Made by a program: the position numbers and the translations under genes
Source of the DNA: Clostridium sp. CAG:433
Lineage (GTDB): Bacteria > Bacillota_I > Bacilli_A > RF39 > UBA660
Direction: 5' to 3'
Assembly (NCBI GenBank): GCA_000433675.1
Contig: FR893564.1
Coordinates: forward strand, 52,660 to 116,659
DNA length: 64,000 nt
In this document: positions 1 through 9,078 of the stretch, one piece after another
How the letters are laid out: each line of letters starts with the position of its first letter
Numbering within the stretch: the stretch's first letter is position 1
Notes under the pieces: generated by a model
Told to the model about the DNA's origin: nothing
Databases searched by the model: none
The model's input: only the letters and a program-made list of their open reading frames with translations

Positions 1-201
1 AAGGTTCATGGTGAAATAGTACTTCATTATGATATATATACAAATAAAAATATTATTTTGTTAAAATCAATTTCACCAGAAGAATTATTCTTAGAGGGAC
101 ATGCTACAGAGTTAAATGCATATAAAGGCGTTATGATTAGTAAAGAAAATGCTGATAAAGATATGTTTAAAATTAATTTATTAGATTTATTAAATAAATA
201 G
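1..201 (+). CDS. 3' end of hypothetical protein (partial; start lies upstream of window)
   Basis: Open frame from window edge to TAG at 199-201 (…ELFLEGHATELNAYKGVMISKENADKDMFKINLLDLLNK*); no recognisable domain. Confidence 0.35.
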   Translation, partial: KVHGEIVLHYDIYTNKNIILLKSISPEELFLEGHATELNAYKGVMISKENADKDMFKINLLDLLNK

Positions 202-257
202 TCATTAGACTATTTTTTTTGTCTAAAAAAATACTTAAAACAGGTATAAAAATTAAC

Positions 258-288
258 TTGACAAAATGCTTCGGGGGGGGGGTATACT
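258..288 (+). promoter_or_regulatory. sigma-A-type promoter TTGACA-N19-TATACT with G10 homopolymer in spacer
   Basis: TTGACA at 258-263, ten consecutive G at 273-282, TATACT at 283-288, followed by AGGAGG and ATG at 308. Confidence 0.55.
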
Positions 289-307
289 AACGAAAAGGAG
301 GAGTAAA

Positions 308-964
308 ATGGATAGATTTGAAAGAGCATACAAAAATGAGTTATTAGTTAGATACGCCAAAGAATTAATAGAACTAGACAAAAAAAGAGAGGATAATGAA
401 ACAGATTCTATTGGAACTTCCGATTTTGAATTATTACATTTTTGTGTAAATAATATTGTTTTTAAAACTAACGATTTAGAAAGTTTGTTAGATTCATATT
501 TGTTTTGTGCTGGTAATGAAGAATTAGGACAACATGAAAACGTTTATGGTGATGTTAAAGCAGGAATTAGCGGAGTGTCATTTCCAAATAAAGAAATATC
601 TGTTACATATCATTCATTTCAAATGGTTTTATTTAGGCAAATAGATTACGTTTTATCTCAATCATCAGGTGAAATTCAAAGGGATTTTTTTGAAAGAATT
701 CTAAATGATAGAGAAAAAATTATAGCTAGTGATTTACAAGCTGCAAAAAACCAATCAGTTAGATTAAAAGATAAAGAAAATGCAATCAAAAATAGATATC
801 CTAATCTAACTAGAGAAAATGCTAATCTTCAACATTTTTATGATCAGAATTATACTGGTAGAGAAATAATTGTAGCAAGTAAGCAATTAGAATCTATAGA
901 ATATTTAATTTTTCATTTGGGAGAAGATAGAGTTCAAAATCAAAGTAATGTGCAAAAAAGATAG
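308..964 (+). CDS. hypothetical protein (219 aa)
   Basis: ATG at 308 (MDRFERAYKN…) is preceded by AGGAGG at 8 nt; the tool ORF start at 266 reads through the promoter poly-G and is unlikely to be real. Confidence 0.55.
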   Translation: MDRFERAYKNELLVRYAKELIELDKKREDNETDSIGTSDFELLHFCVNNIVFKTNDLESLLDSYLFCAGNEELGQHENVYGDVKAGISGVSFPNKEISVTYHSFQMVLFRQIDYVLSQSSGEIQRDFFERILNDREKIIASDLQAAKNQSVRLKDKENAIKNRYPNLTRENANLQHFYDQNYTGREIIVASKQLESIEYLIFHLGEDRVQNQSNVQKR

Positions 965-1164
965 TACTTAAAAATAATTATAAATATTGATGATATAAAT
1001 ACTATCTAAAATTTCAAGCACTCATATGAATGCTTGATTTTTTTTGTTCCAACATATTAACTAAAAAATAAAAAAACATAAGAAAAATTAAATCATTATT
1101 TTAGTACTTTTTCTTGCTTTTTATAGAATTTTAGTAATATAATTAACTAAAGGAGGTAAGTGTT

Positions 1165-1578
1165 ATGATATGGTTTATTTTGATATTTGCCTTTTTGATA
1201 ATTGAAGCCTTATCATTTAATTTAATTACTATTTGGTTTGCTTTTGGTAGTTTGTGTGCATTTATTAGTACATATTTTACAGATAATTTAATTATTCAAA
1301 TTGTAGTATTTACATTTTTTACTATTATTTCATTAATATTTACAAAACCATTACTTGATAAATTTATAAATAAAAATGTTACAAAAACAAATATTGATAT
1401 GATAATTGGTAAAATAGGTATAGTTACAAAAGAGATAAATGAGTTATCACCAGGTAGGGTAAAAGTTTCTGGTAAAGACTGGATGGCTATATCAAATAGT
1501 CATATAGATGAAGGCAAAAAAGTAAGGGTACTTAAAATTGAAGGTGCTAAAATAATTGTTAGAGAAGAGGAGAGGTAA
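1165..1578 (+). CDS. NfeD-like membrane protein (short form, C-terminal OB-fold)
   Basis: N-terminal TM helices plus C-terminal beta-rich soluble domain; immediately upstream of an SPFH gene (canonical NfeD-stomatin operon); RBS AAGGAGG. Confidence 0.7.
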   Translation: MIWFILIFAFLIIEALSFNLITIWFAFGSLCAFISTYFTDNLIIQIVVFTFFTIISLIFTKPLLDKFINKNVTKTNIDMIIGKIGIVTKEINELSPGRVKVSGKDWMAISNSHIDEGKKVRVLKIEGAKIIVREEER

Positions 1579-1581
1579 GTT

Positions 1582-2460
1582 ATGCAATTTATTATTTTAA
1601 TTATAGTTTTAATATTGATTATTATTACAAATATTAAAATTGTACCACAATCAAAAACATTCGTTATTGAAAGACTAGGTAGTTATAAATCTACTTGGCA
1701 AACAGGATTACATTTTAAAATTCCATTTATAGAAAGAATAGCAAATAATGTTTCATTAAAAGAAAAGGTAAGAGATTTCGCACCACAACCAGTTATTACA
1801 AAAGATAATGTAACAATGCAAATAGATACAGTTGTTTATTTTCAAATAACTGATCCAAAATTATATACATATGGTGTTGAAAATCCAATAAATGCAATTG
1901 AAACATTAACCGCAACAACACTTCGTAATATTATTGGTGAACTTGAACTTGATGAAACATTAACATCAAGAGATTTAATCAATAATAAAATGTGTTTAAT
2001 ACTAGATGAAGCAACTGATCCATGGGGAATAAAAATAAACAGAGTTGAAGTAAAAAATATTATTCCACCAAGAGATATACAAGAAGCAATGGAAAAACAA
2101 ATGCGTGCTGAAAGAGAAAGAAGAGAAAAAATTCTTCAAGCAGAAGGTGAAAAGAAATCAAGTATATTAATTGCTGAAGGTGAAAAAGAAAGTGCTATCT
2201 TAAGAGCAGAAGCTCAAAAAGAATCACAAATAAAACTTGCTGAAGGTGAAGCAGAAGCAATATTAAAAGTACAAGAAGCAACAGCTGCTGGTATTAAACT
2301 TTTAAAAGAGGCAGGAGCAGACAAATCAGTACTTGCATTAAAACAATTTGAAACATTAGAAAAAGTTGCAGAAGGTCAGGCAACTAAAATAATAATTCCA
2401 TCAGATATGCAAAATATGGCTGGTTTAGTTACAACTGCGAGTGAACTATTAAAAAAATAG
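1582..2460 (+). CDS. SPFH/band-7 (stomatin/flotillin-like) protein
   Basis: N-terminal TM, SPFH core (…VVYFQITDPKLYTYGVENP…), C-terminal A/E-rich coiled coil (AEGEKESAILRAEAQKESQI…). Confidence 0.85.
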   Translation: MQFIILIIVLILIIITNIKIVPQSKTFVIERLGSYKSTWQTGLHFKIPFIERIANNVSLKEKVRDFAPQPVITKDNVTMQIDTVVYFQITDPKLYTYGVENPINAIETLTATTLRNIIGELELDETLTSRDLINNKMCLILDEATDPWGIKINRVEVKNIIPPRDIQEAMEKQMRAERERREKILQAEGEKKSSILIAEGEKESAILRAEAQKESQIKLAEGEAEAILKVQEATAAGIKLLKEAGADKSVLALKQFETLEKVAEGQATKIIIPSDMQNMAGLVTTASELLKK

Positions 2461-2486
2461 AAATGTAAAAAATTTCTATTTTTTTT
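2458..2486 (+). terminator. rho-independent terminator
   Basis: TAGAAAT-gtaaaaa-ATTTCTA hairpin followed by T8. Confidence 0.7.
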
Positions 2487-2567
2487 GTAAATATGTTTAC
2501 ACTAGAAAAATAATGTTTGTTAAGTTTAATTTATTATGCTATAATTAATTTAAAGGTAGGGATTATT

Positions 2568-3662
2568 ATGAATTTTATTAGAGAAAATATATTAAAGATA
2601 GTTACATTTATTGTAATACTTGTAGTTATTATCATTGTTTTTTCATTTGTTTTTAAAGGTACTGGATCATCAAAAGCAAATACATATGCACAAATGGAAG
2701 AAAATTTAAAGAATGCTGCTCAAAGATATGCAACAAAAAATACTAAAGTATTACCAAAAAGTGAAAAAGAACAATCAAAGATAAATACAGATACTTTGGT
2801 TAATGCAGAATATATTAAAGAATTATATTCTATTGATGATGAAAATGTAAAATGTAGTGGTTATGTATTAATAAGCAAAAATGGAGATAGTTATACATAT
2901 ATTCCACATATTAAATGTGGTAAATATTATGAAACTAAGACTATAGCGGATTATATTGAAACAAATGAACAACTTGCTACAGCTGATGATGGATTATATA
3001 AATATGGAGAAAAATATGTTTATAGAGGAGAAAATCCAAAAAACTTTCTAAAAATGGGTGAAAAGTTATATAGAATTATTGAAATAACTGAAGATAATGA
3101 ATTAAAATTAATTTCAACTACAAAATATCAAGATTCATTTGTATGGGATGATAGATACAATATTGAAAAAGACAGAAATTATGGTATAAATGATTATGCA
3201 AAAAGTAGACTAAAAGAAGGATTAGAAGAAGTTTATAAGTCTGATTATTTTACAGAAGGCGAAAAAAGTATAATAATACCACATTCTATATGTATTGGTA
3301 AAAGATATTTAGATGATCAAAGTATTGATGGTAAAACTGAATGTGCAACAGTTTACCCAGATCAAAAAGTAAGTTTAATTAATGTTAGTGAATATATGAG
3401 AGCTAGTTTAGATTCTAATTGTACAAATGCTACAAGCGAATCATGCTCAAACTATAATTATTTTGAAAATATATCTTCATATTTAAAGACAATAACTGCA
3501 GTTGCAGATAATACTTATCAAATATACAAAATAAATTATGGAATAGCGGATGCATCAAATGCATCAACTACAGTTGCTGTTTATCCAGTAGTATATATTG
3601 ATAAAAATACATTATACGCTGCTGGAGATGGAACAGAAGAAAATCCATATACAGTAAGATAG
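2568..3662 (+). CDS. hypothetical membrane-anchored protein
   Basis: ATG at 2568 after GGTAGGGA; N-terminal hydrophobic helix then soluble domain; no recognised motif. Confidence 0.5.
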   Translation: MNFIRENILKIVTFIVILVVIIIVFSFVFKGTGSSKANTYAQMEENLKNAAQRYATKNTKVLPKSEKEQSKINTDTLVNAEYIKELYSIDDENVKCSGYVLISKNGDSYTYIPHIKCGKYYETKTIADYIETNEQLATADDGLYKYGEKYVYRGENPKNFLKMGEKLYRIIEITEDNELKLISTTKYQDSFVWDDRYNIEKDRNYGINDYAKSRLKEGLEEVYKSDYFTEGEKSIIIPHSICIGKRYLDDQSIDGKTECATVYPDQKVSLINVSEYMRASLDSNCTNATSESCSNYNYFENISSYLKTITAVADNTYQIYKINYGIADASNASTTVAVYPVVYIDKNTLYAAGDGTEENPYTVR

Positions 3663-3670
3663 GAAAAAAT

Positions 3671-4432
3671 ATGCAGAGGGTTTTAAAAAAGAATTATACA
3701 TTATATGCAGATTATTCTGGTAAAAGAGTTAAGTTGTATAGTGGTACACTAGAAGAAATTGATGATTTTACAACATATTTTGTAGATAAAAATGCAATAA
3801 GAAAAAGGTTAATAAAGAATGAATTTGGTGAATTCTTAGTTTATATTGAATCATCAAGAGGAAAATATTATAGTGCAATGTATTATAATAATAGAGCTAT
3901 TCTTGATAAAGAAAATTTTAATAGAATTTATGAAAAAATAGAAAAAATAGATAGAGAAAAGATAGAAGAGTTTTTATATAACAAAACAAAGGTAAATGAA
4001 TATTTACATGATAAAAATTCAAAGAATATTCCAATTGTAAATTTATATTTAAATGTAAAAAATAACAAAGATTATAAAGGAATGCTATATCATTATTTAA
4101 AAACAGATTATAAATTATATAGAGAATTTATTATATACTTCTTTGAAAATGAAAACTTGAATACTAATAAAAAAAGTTTATCATATGAAAAAATGAAAGA
4201 AATATCTAGTTTGTTAGATATTGTTTCTAAAGAATACGAAAGTGTTCGAGAAAATCATGAAGAAAAAGAATCTACTTATGATGATTTAGAAGATCGTATA
4301 TATACAATAATGACAAACAGAGAATTAACAACTGATCAAAAAATGAGTGAATTAGATATGTTAGTTGATTCACCAGAAATGGCAAAGAAATATATTTTAA
4401 AATATGAGGATAAATTAACAGAAGAGGTTTAA
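3671..4432 (+). CDS. hypothetical protein
   Basis: 253-aa ORF closely spaced to upstream gene; K/E/Y-rich; no recognised motif. Confidence 0.45.
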   Translation: MQRVLKKNYTLYADYSGKRVKLYSGTLEEIDDFTTYFVDKNAIRKRLIKNEFGEFLVYIESSRGKYYSAMYYNNRAILDKENFNRIYEKIEKIDREKIEEFLYNKTKVNEYLHDKNSKNIPIVNLYLNVKNNKDYKGMLYHYLKTDYKLYREFIIYFFENENLNTNKKSLSYEKMKEISSLLDIVSKEYESVRENHEEKESTYDDLEDRIYTIMTNRELTTDQKMSELDMLVDSPEMAKKYILKYEDKLTEEV

Positions 4433-4464
4433 ATTTTAAACTTCTTTTAATTAGTGGTGATATT

Positions 4465-5355
4465 ATGGAAAAAGAAATAAATAATTTTATAGAATATTTA
4501 AAATATCAAAGAAATTATTCGGATTTTACATGTAATAATTATAAAAAAGATTTAAATGAGTATAATTCGTTTATTTTAAATAATAAAATAAATTATAAAA
4601 ATATGGATTATAATGACGCAAAAGAATATGTAATATATTTAAATAAAAAAAATGATGCAAAATCTACTATATCAAGAAAATTAAGTTCACTTAGAACATT
4701 TTATAAATATTTAGTATTAAATAATAAAGTAAAGTCAAATCCATTTTTACTTGTATCAAGCCCTAAAAAAGAAAAAAGAATACCAAAATTTATAAATTAT
4801 AATAATATGGAAGAAATATTAAATGTTCCTAATATAAAAACAAAAGAAGGACAAAGAGAAAGAGTAATTTTAGAAGTATTATATGCATCAGGAGTCAGAG
4901 TATCAGAACTAGTTAATATAAAATTAAAAGATATTGATTTTAGTAATAAAAATATATTAATATTTGGTAAAGGTAGTAAAGAAAGATTAGTATCATTTGG
5001 GGATTATGCTCTTGAATATATTAATTTATATTTAAAAGAAGGAAGAAACTTATTACTTGATGGTGTTAAAAGTGATTATTTAATTGTTGGTAAAAAAAGT
5101 GAAAAACTTACAACAAGAAGAGTAGAACAGATAATAGATGACATTATAAAAAGAACAAGTATTAAACTAAATATTACTCCTCATATGTTTAGACATACAT
5201 TCGCAACACATTTACTAGATAATGGTTGCGATTTACTTGTTGTTCAAGAGTTACTTGGTCATGCATCATTATCATCAACAGAAATATATACACATGTAAG
5301 TAATGAACATTTAAGAGAAGTATATTTAAAGTGTCATCCTAGAAATAAAAGATAA
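4465..5355 (+). CDS. tyrosine site-specific recombinase, XerC/XerD family
   Basis: C-terminal catalytic region HMFRHTFATHLLDNGCDLLVVQELLGHASLSSTEIYTHV (R..H-x-x-R..H..Y) closely matching Xer recombinases; about 296 aa. Confidence 0.8.
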   Translation: MEKEINNFIEYLKYQRNYSDFTCNNYKKDLNEYNSFILNNKINYKNMDYNDAKEYVIYLNKKNDAKSTISRKLSSLRTFYKYLVLNNKVKSNPFLLVSSPKKEKRIPKFINYNNMEEILNVPNIKTKEGQRERVILEVLYASGVRVSELVNIKLKDIDFSNKNILIFGKGSKERLVSFGDYALEYINLYLKEGRNLLLDGVKSDYLIVGKKSEKLTTRRVEQIIDDIIKRTSIKLNITPHMFRHTFATHLLDNGCDLLVVQELLGHASLSSTEIYTHVSNEHLREVYLKCHPRNKR

Positions 5356-5384
5356 GTTAAAAAGTGTAAAGTAAATGTGTTTAC

Positions 5385-5407
5385 AAATGTAAATACATTT
5401 TTATTTT
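5385..5407 (+). terminator. putative terminator
   Basis: AAATGTA-aa-TACATTT hairpin followed by TTATTTT. Confidence 0.45.
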
Positions 5408-5432
5408 GGTATAATAAAGTAGGGTGAATAAA

Positions 5433-6020
5433 ATGTCAAAATTATATTTTAGATATGGCGCAATGAATTGTGGAAAAAGTTCTGCATTAATGCAAGTTGC
5501 TTATAATTATGAACAAAATAATAAAAAGGTAATTGTAATAAAATCAGAAATAGATACAAAAGGAAATAACTATTTAGAATCAAGAATTGGTCTTAAAAGA
5601 AAGGTAGATATCCTTTTAAAAGAAAATGAATCTATTGAAAAATATTATGATAAGTTAGATGAAATATCATGTATTTTAGTTGATGAAGCACAGTTCTTGA
5701 GTGAAAAACAAGTTGATGAATTATACTATATAACAAAATATTATAATATTCCTGTTATATGTTATGGATTAAAAACAGATTTTCAAAGTAAATTATTTGA
5801 TGGAAGTAGAAGACTTTTAGAATTAGCTGATGAGTTAGATGAATTAATAACTATATGTAGATGCGGTAAAAGGGCAAAATTTAACGCAAGATTTATAAAT
5901 GATAAATTTACATTAAAAGGAGATACTAATTTAATAGATGGTTCAGTTAGTAATGTAAAATATATACCTTTATGTGGTAAATGTTATTTAGAAGAAAAAA
6001 GAAAGTATGAGGAGGAATAA
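5433..6020 (+). CDS. tdk: thymidine kinase
   Basis: LYFRYGAMNCGKSSALMQ P-loop, VDEAQF, C-terminal zinc-ribbon cysteines (CRCGKRA…CGKCY); collinear with E. coli-type Tdk; ATG 5433 has AGGGTG 6 nt upstream. Confidence 0.9.
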   Translation: MSKLYFRYGAMNCGKSSALMQVAYNYEQNNKKVIVIKSEIDTKGNNYLESRIGLKRKVDILLKENESIEKYYDKLDEISCILVDEAQFLSEKQVDELYYITKYYNIPVICYGLKTDFQSKLFDGSRRLLELADELDELITICRCGKRAKFNARFINDKFTLKGDTNLIDGSVSNVKYIPLCGKCYLEEKRKYEEE

Positions 6021-6023
6021 ATT

Positions 6024-8621
6024 ATGAAATATGTATATTCTTTTAAAGAAGGAAATAAAGATATGAGAAATATCCTTGGAGGAAAAGGCGCAAATCTTTG
6101 TGAAATGGCTAAAATTGGTCTTCCTGTTCCAAATGGATTTATAGTAAGTACTGATGCATGTAATAATTATTATGAAAATAATAAAGAGTTAAATGATGAG
6201 ATAGTAAAAGAAATAAATGAAAAACTTGAAGAACTTGAAAAAAGTTCTGGTAAAAAATTAGGTGATAAAGAAAATCCTCTTTTAGTATCTGTTAGAAGTG
6301 GTGCTAGAGCATCTATGCCTGGAATGATGGATACAATATTAAACTTAGGTTTAAATGATGAAATAGTAGAAAGTTTTAGTGAAGAAAATAAAAGATTTAT
6401 ATATGATTCATATAGAAGATTTATACAAATGTTTTCTGATGTTGTTAAAGGATACGATAAAAGTAAATTTGAAAGAGTTTTAGATGAAATAAAAAAAGAA
6501 AAAGGTATTAAATTAGATATAGAATTTACAAAAGAAGATATGAAAGAAATAGTACTTAAATTTAAAGATATCTATAAAGAAATATCAGGAGAAGAATTCC
6601 CACAAGATCCTAAGTATCAATTAATAGAAGCAATAAAAGCCGTATTTAATTCTTGGAATAATGAAAGAGCAAATATATATAGACAAATGAATAATATTCC
6701 ATATTCTTGGGGAACAGCCGTTAATGTTCAGCAAATGGTATATGGTAATTTAAATGAAAAATCAGGTAGTGGTGTAGCATTTTCAAGAAATCCAGCAACT
6801 GGTGAAAATGAATTATTTGGGGAATACCTAATTAATGCACAAGGAGAAGATATAGTTGCGGGAATTAGAACTCCAAATCCAATTAAAACTTTAGAAAATT
6901 ATAACAAAGACTTATATGATGAATTTTATGGATATGCAAAAAAATTAGAAGAGCATTATAAAGATATGCAAGATATGGAATTTACAATAGAAGATGGTAA
7001 ATTATATATACTTCAAACTAGAAATGGAAAAAGAACAGCAAAAGCAGCAGTTAAAATAGCAGTTGATCTTGTAAAAGAAGGATTAATAACAAAAGAAGAA
7101 GCTCTTTTATCGGTAGATGCTAGTACACTTTCACAATTACTTCATAAATCATTTGATGAAGAAGATTTAAAAACAAAAACACCTATTGGAAAAGGCCTTG
7201 CAGCATCCCCTGGTGCAGGAGTAGGTAAAATATACTTTAATTCTAAAGATTTAAAAGATGAAGACTCTATTTTAGTTAGACTTGAAACATCACCAGAAGA
7301 TATTGAAGGAATGAAAAAAGCAAATGGTATATTAACAATTAGAGGTGGTATGACATCACATGCCGCAGTAGTCGCAAGACAAATGGGTGAATGTTGTGTA
7401 AGTGGTTTAAATGATGCATATGCATCGGAAAAAGAAAAAGTATTAAAAATTGGTGATATCATTTTAACTGAAGGAGACTATATTTCAATTGATGGAAATA
7501 CTGGTAATGTATATAAAGGTCAAATAAAAACAAAAGATGCTGTAATAGAAGGCGAATTTGAAGAATTTATGTCTTGGACAAATGAATATTCAAGAATAAT
7601 CGTAAGAGCAAATGCTGATTCAGAAAAAGATGCGTTAAATGCTAAAAGATTAGGAGCTAAAGGTATCGGACTATGTAGGACAGAGCATATGTTCTTTGAA
7701 AAAGAAAGAATATTTAACTTTAGAAGAATGATTTTATCAGAGACAAAAGAAGAAAGAGAAGAAGCATTAAGTAAAATTCTTCCATATCAACAATCAGACT
7801 TTGAAAAATTATTTACAGTAATGAATAATGAAAAAGTTGTTATTAGATATCTTGATCCACCTTTACATGAATTCTTACCAAAAGAAGAAAGTGAAATAAA
7901 AGATCTTGCTAAAAGCCTTAATATATCACTAGAAGAAATTCATGATAGAATTAGTGAATTAAAAGAATTTAATCCAATGATGGGTCATAGAGGAGTAAGA
8001 TTAGATATCACATATCCTGAAATTGCAATTATGCAAACAAAAGCAGTTATAAATGCTGCTGTTAATGTTAAGAAAAATGGTACTAATCCAATAGTTGATA
8101 TTATGATACCTTTAATAGGTGATGATGTTGAACTTAAATATGTAAAAAGTATAATAAAAACAGAAGCAGATAAAATATTAAAAGAAAATAATATTGATAT
8201 TGAATATAAAATAGGAACAATGATTGAGATTCCTCGTGCAATTATAATATCTGATTTACTTGGTAAAGAATGTGACTTCTTTAGTTATGGAACAAATGAT
8301 TTAACACAGTTAACATTTGGTTTCTCAAGAGACGATTCTGGTAAATTCTTAAAAGATTATTATGATAAAAAAATATTTGAAAGTGATCCATTTAAATCAG
8401 TAGATGAAAAAGGTGTATTAAGACTTGTAAATATTTCAAAAGAAAAGGCAAGAAACGCAAATCCTAATATTGAACTTGGTGTATGTGGTGAACATGCTGG
8501 TGATCCAAAATCAATAGAAAACTTTGATAAAATTGGTCTTGATTATGTTTCTTGTTCAGCATTTAGAGTGCCAGGAGCACGACTAGCATCTGCGCAATCA
8601 AATATAAAAAATAGTAAATAG
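6024..8621 (+). CDS. ppdK: pyruvate, phosphate dikinase
   Basis: 865 aa; GGKGANLCEMAKIGLPVP ATP-grasp start, phospho-His motif GGMTSHAAVVARQMG, C-terminal PEP-utilising TIM barrel (CGEHAGDP). Confidence 0.95.
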   Translation: MKYVYSFKEGNKDMRNILGGKGANLCEMAKIGLPVPNGFIVSTDACNNYYENNKELNDEIVKEINEKLEELEKSSGKKLGDKENPLLVSVRSGARASMPGMMDTILNLGLNDEIVESFSEENKRFIYDSYRRFIQMFSDVVKGYDKSKFERVLDEIKKEKGIKLDIEFTKEDMKEIVLKFKDIYKEISGEEFPQDPKYQLIEAIKAVFNSWNNERANIYRQMNNIPYSWGTAVNVQQMVYGNLNEKSGSGVAFSRNPATGENELFGEYLINAQGEDIVAGIRTPNPIKTLENYNKDLYDEFYGYAKKLEEHYKDMQDMEFTIEDGKLYILQTRNGKRTAKAAVKIAVDLVKEGLITKEEALLSVDASTLSQLLHKSFDEEDLKTKTPIGKGLAASPGAGVGKIYFNSKDLKDEDSILVRLETSPEDIEGMKKANGILTIRGGMTSHAAVVARQMGECCVSGLNDAYASEKEKVLKIGDIILTEGDYISIDGNTGNVYKGQIKTKDAVIEGEFEEFMSWTNEYSRIIVRANADSEKDALNAKRLGAKGIGLCRTEHMFFEKERIFNFRRMILSETKEEREEALSKILPYQQSDFEKLFTVMNNEKVVIRYLDPPLHEFLPKEESEIKDLAKSLNISLEEIHDRISELKEFNPMMGHRGVRLDITYPEIAIMQTKAVINAAVNVKKNGTNPIVDIMIPLIGDDVELKYVKSIIKTEADKILKENNIDIEYKIGTMIEIPRAIIISDLLGKECDFFSYGTNDLTQLTFGFSRDDSGKFLKDYYDKKIFESDPFKSVDEKGVLRLVNISKEKARNANPNIELGVCGEHAGDPKSIENFDKIGLDYVSCSAFRVPGARLASAQSNIKNSK

Positions 8622-8625
8622 ATTA

Positions 8626-8659
8626 AAAACTAAGATAGGAATATCTTAGTTTTATATTG
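8626..8659 (+). terminator. putative terminator after ppdK
   Basis: AAAACTAAGATA-ggaa-TATCTTAGTTTT 12-bp stem followed by T-rich run. Confidence 0.55.
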
Positions 8660-8841
8660 AATAAATGGGTAAAATGTATGATTATATATATAAGAAAAAA
8701 TAAAATTAATTCTATGATTCATTATTGGTAATTGAAGATGAAATAGTAAATTAACAATCCAGAAATTAAACGTATTATAAAGTATAAATTAGTATTATTT
8801 TTATTAAAAATATGATACAATTTATCTAAGGTAGGGATTAT

Positions 8842-9078
8842 ATGAAAGATTATATAGATATTATTGATGAAAATAATAATAATGTTAAAGCAGAAATTAT
8901 TATACAGGCAAAAGCAAATGGTAAAAATTATATTGTTTATAAAATTAATTCGGAAATATATGCTTCAAAGTACTTAGAAGATAAGAATGATGAATATTTG
9001 GATTTAGATAATAATTTATCTGAGGATGAATATGAAATGCTTGAAAAATTAATGGAGATTCAAAATGAAAATAAATAG
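8842..9078 (+). CDS. DUF1292-like small acidic protein
   Basis: 78 aa; layout (IDENNNNVKAEIII…KNYIVYKI… acidic tail) typical of Firmicutes DUF1292 proteins. Confidence 0.5.
   Translation: MKDYIDIIDENNNNVKAEIIIQAKANGKNYIVYKINSEIYASKYLEDKNDEYLDLDNNLSEDEYEMLEKLMEIQNENK

Noticed and set aside
266-307. Tool ORF start at 266 (MLRGGGILTKRRSK…) extending the 308..964 gene
   Set aside because: It reads through the -35/-10 promoter elements and the G10 tract and has no RBS. The ATG at 308 with AGGAGG is the credible start.
7142-7462. Antisense 106-aa ORF inside ppdK
   Set aside because: It is entirely embedded in the opposite strand of a well-supported housekeeping gene, has low-complexity S/F/I-rich composition and no RBS.
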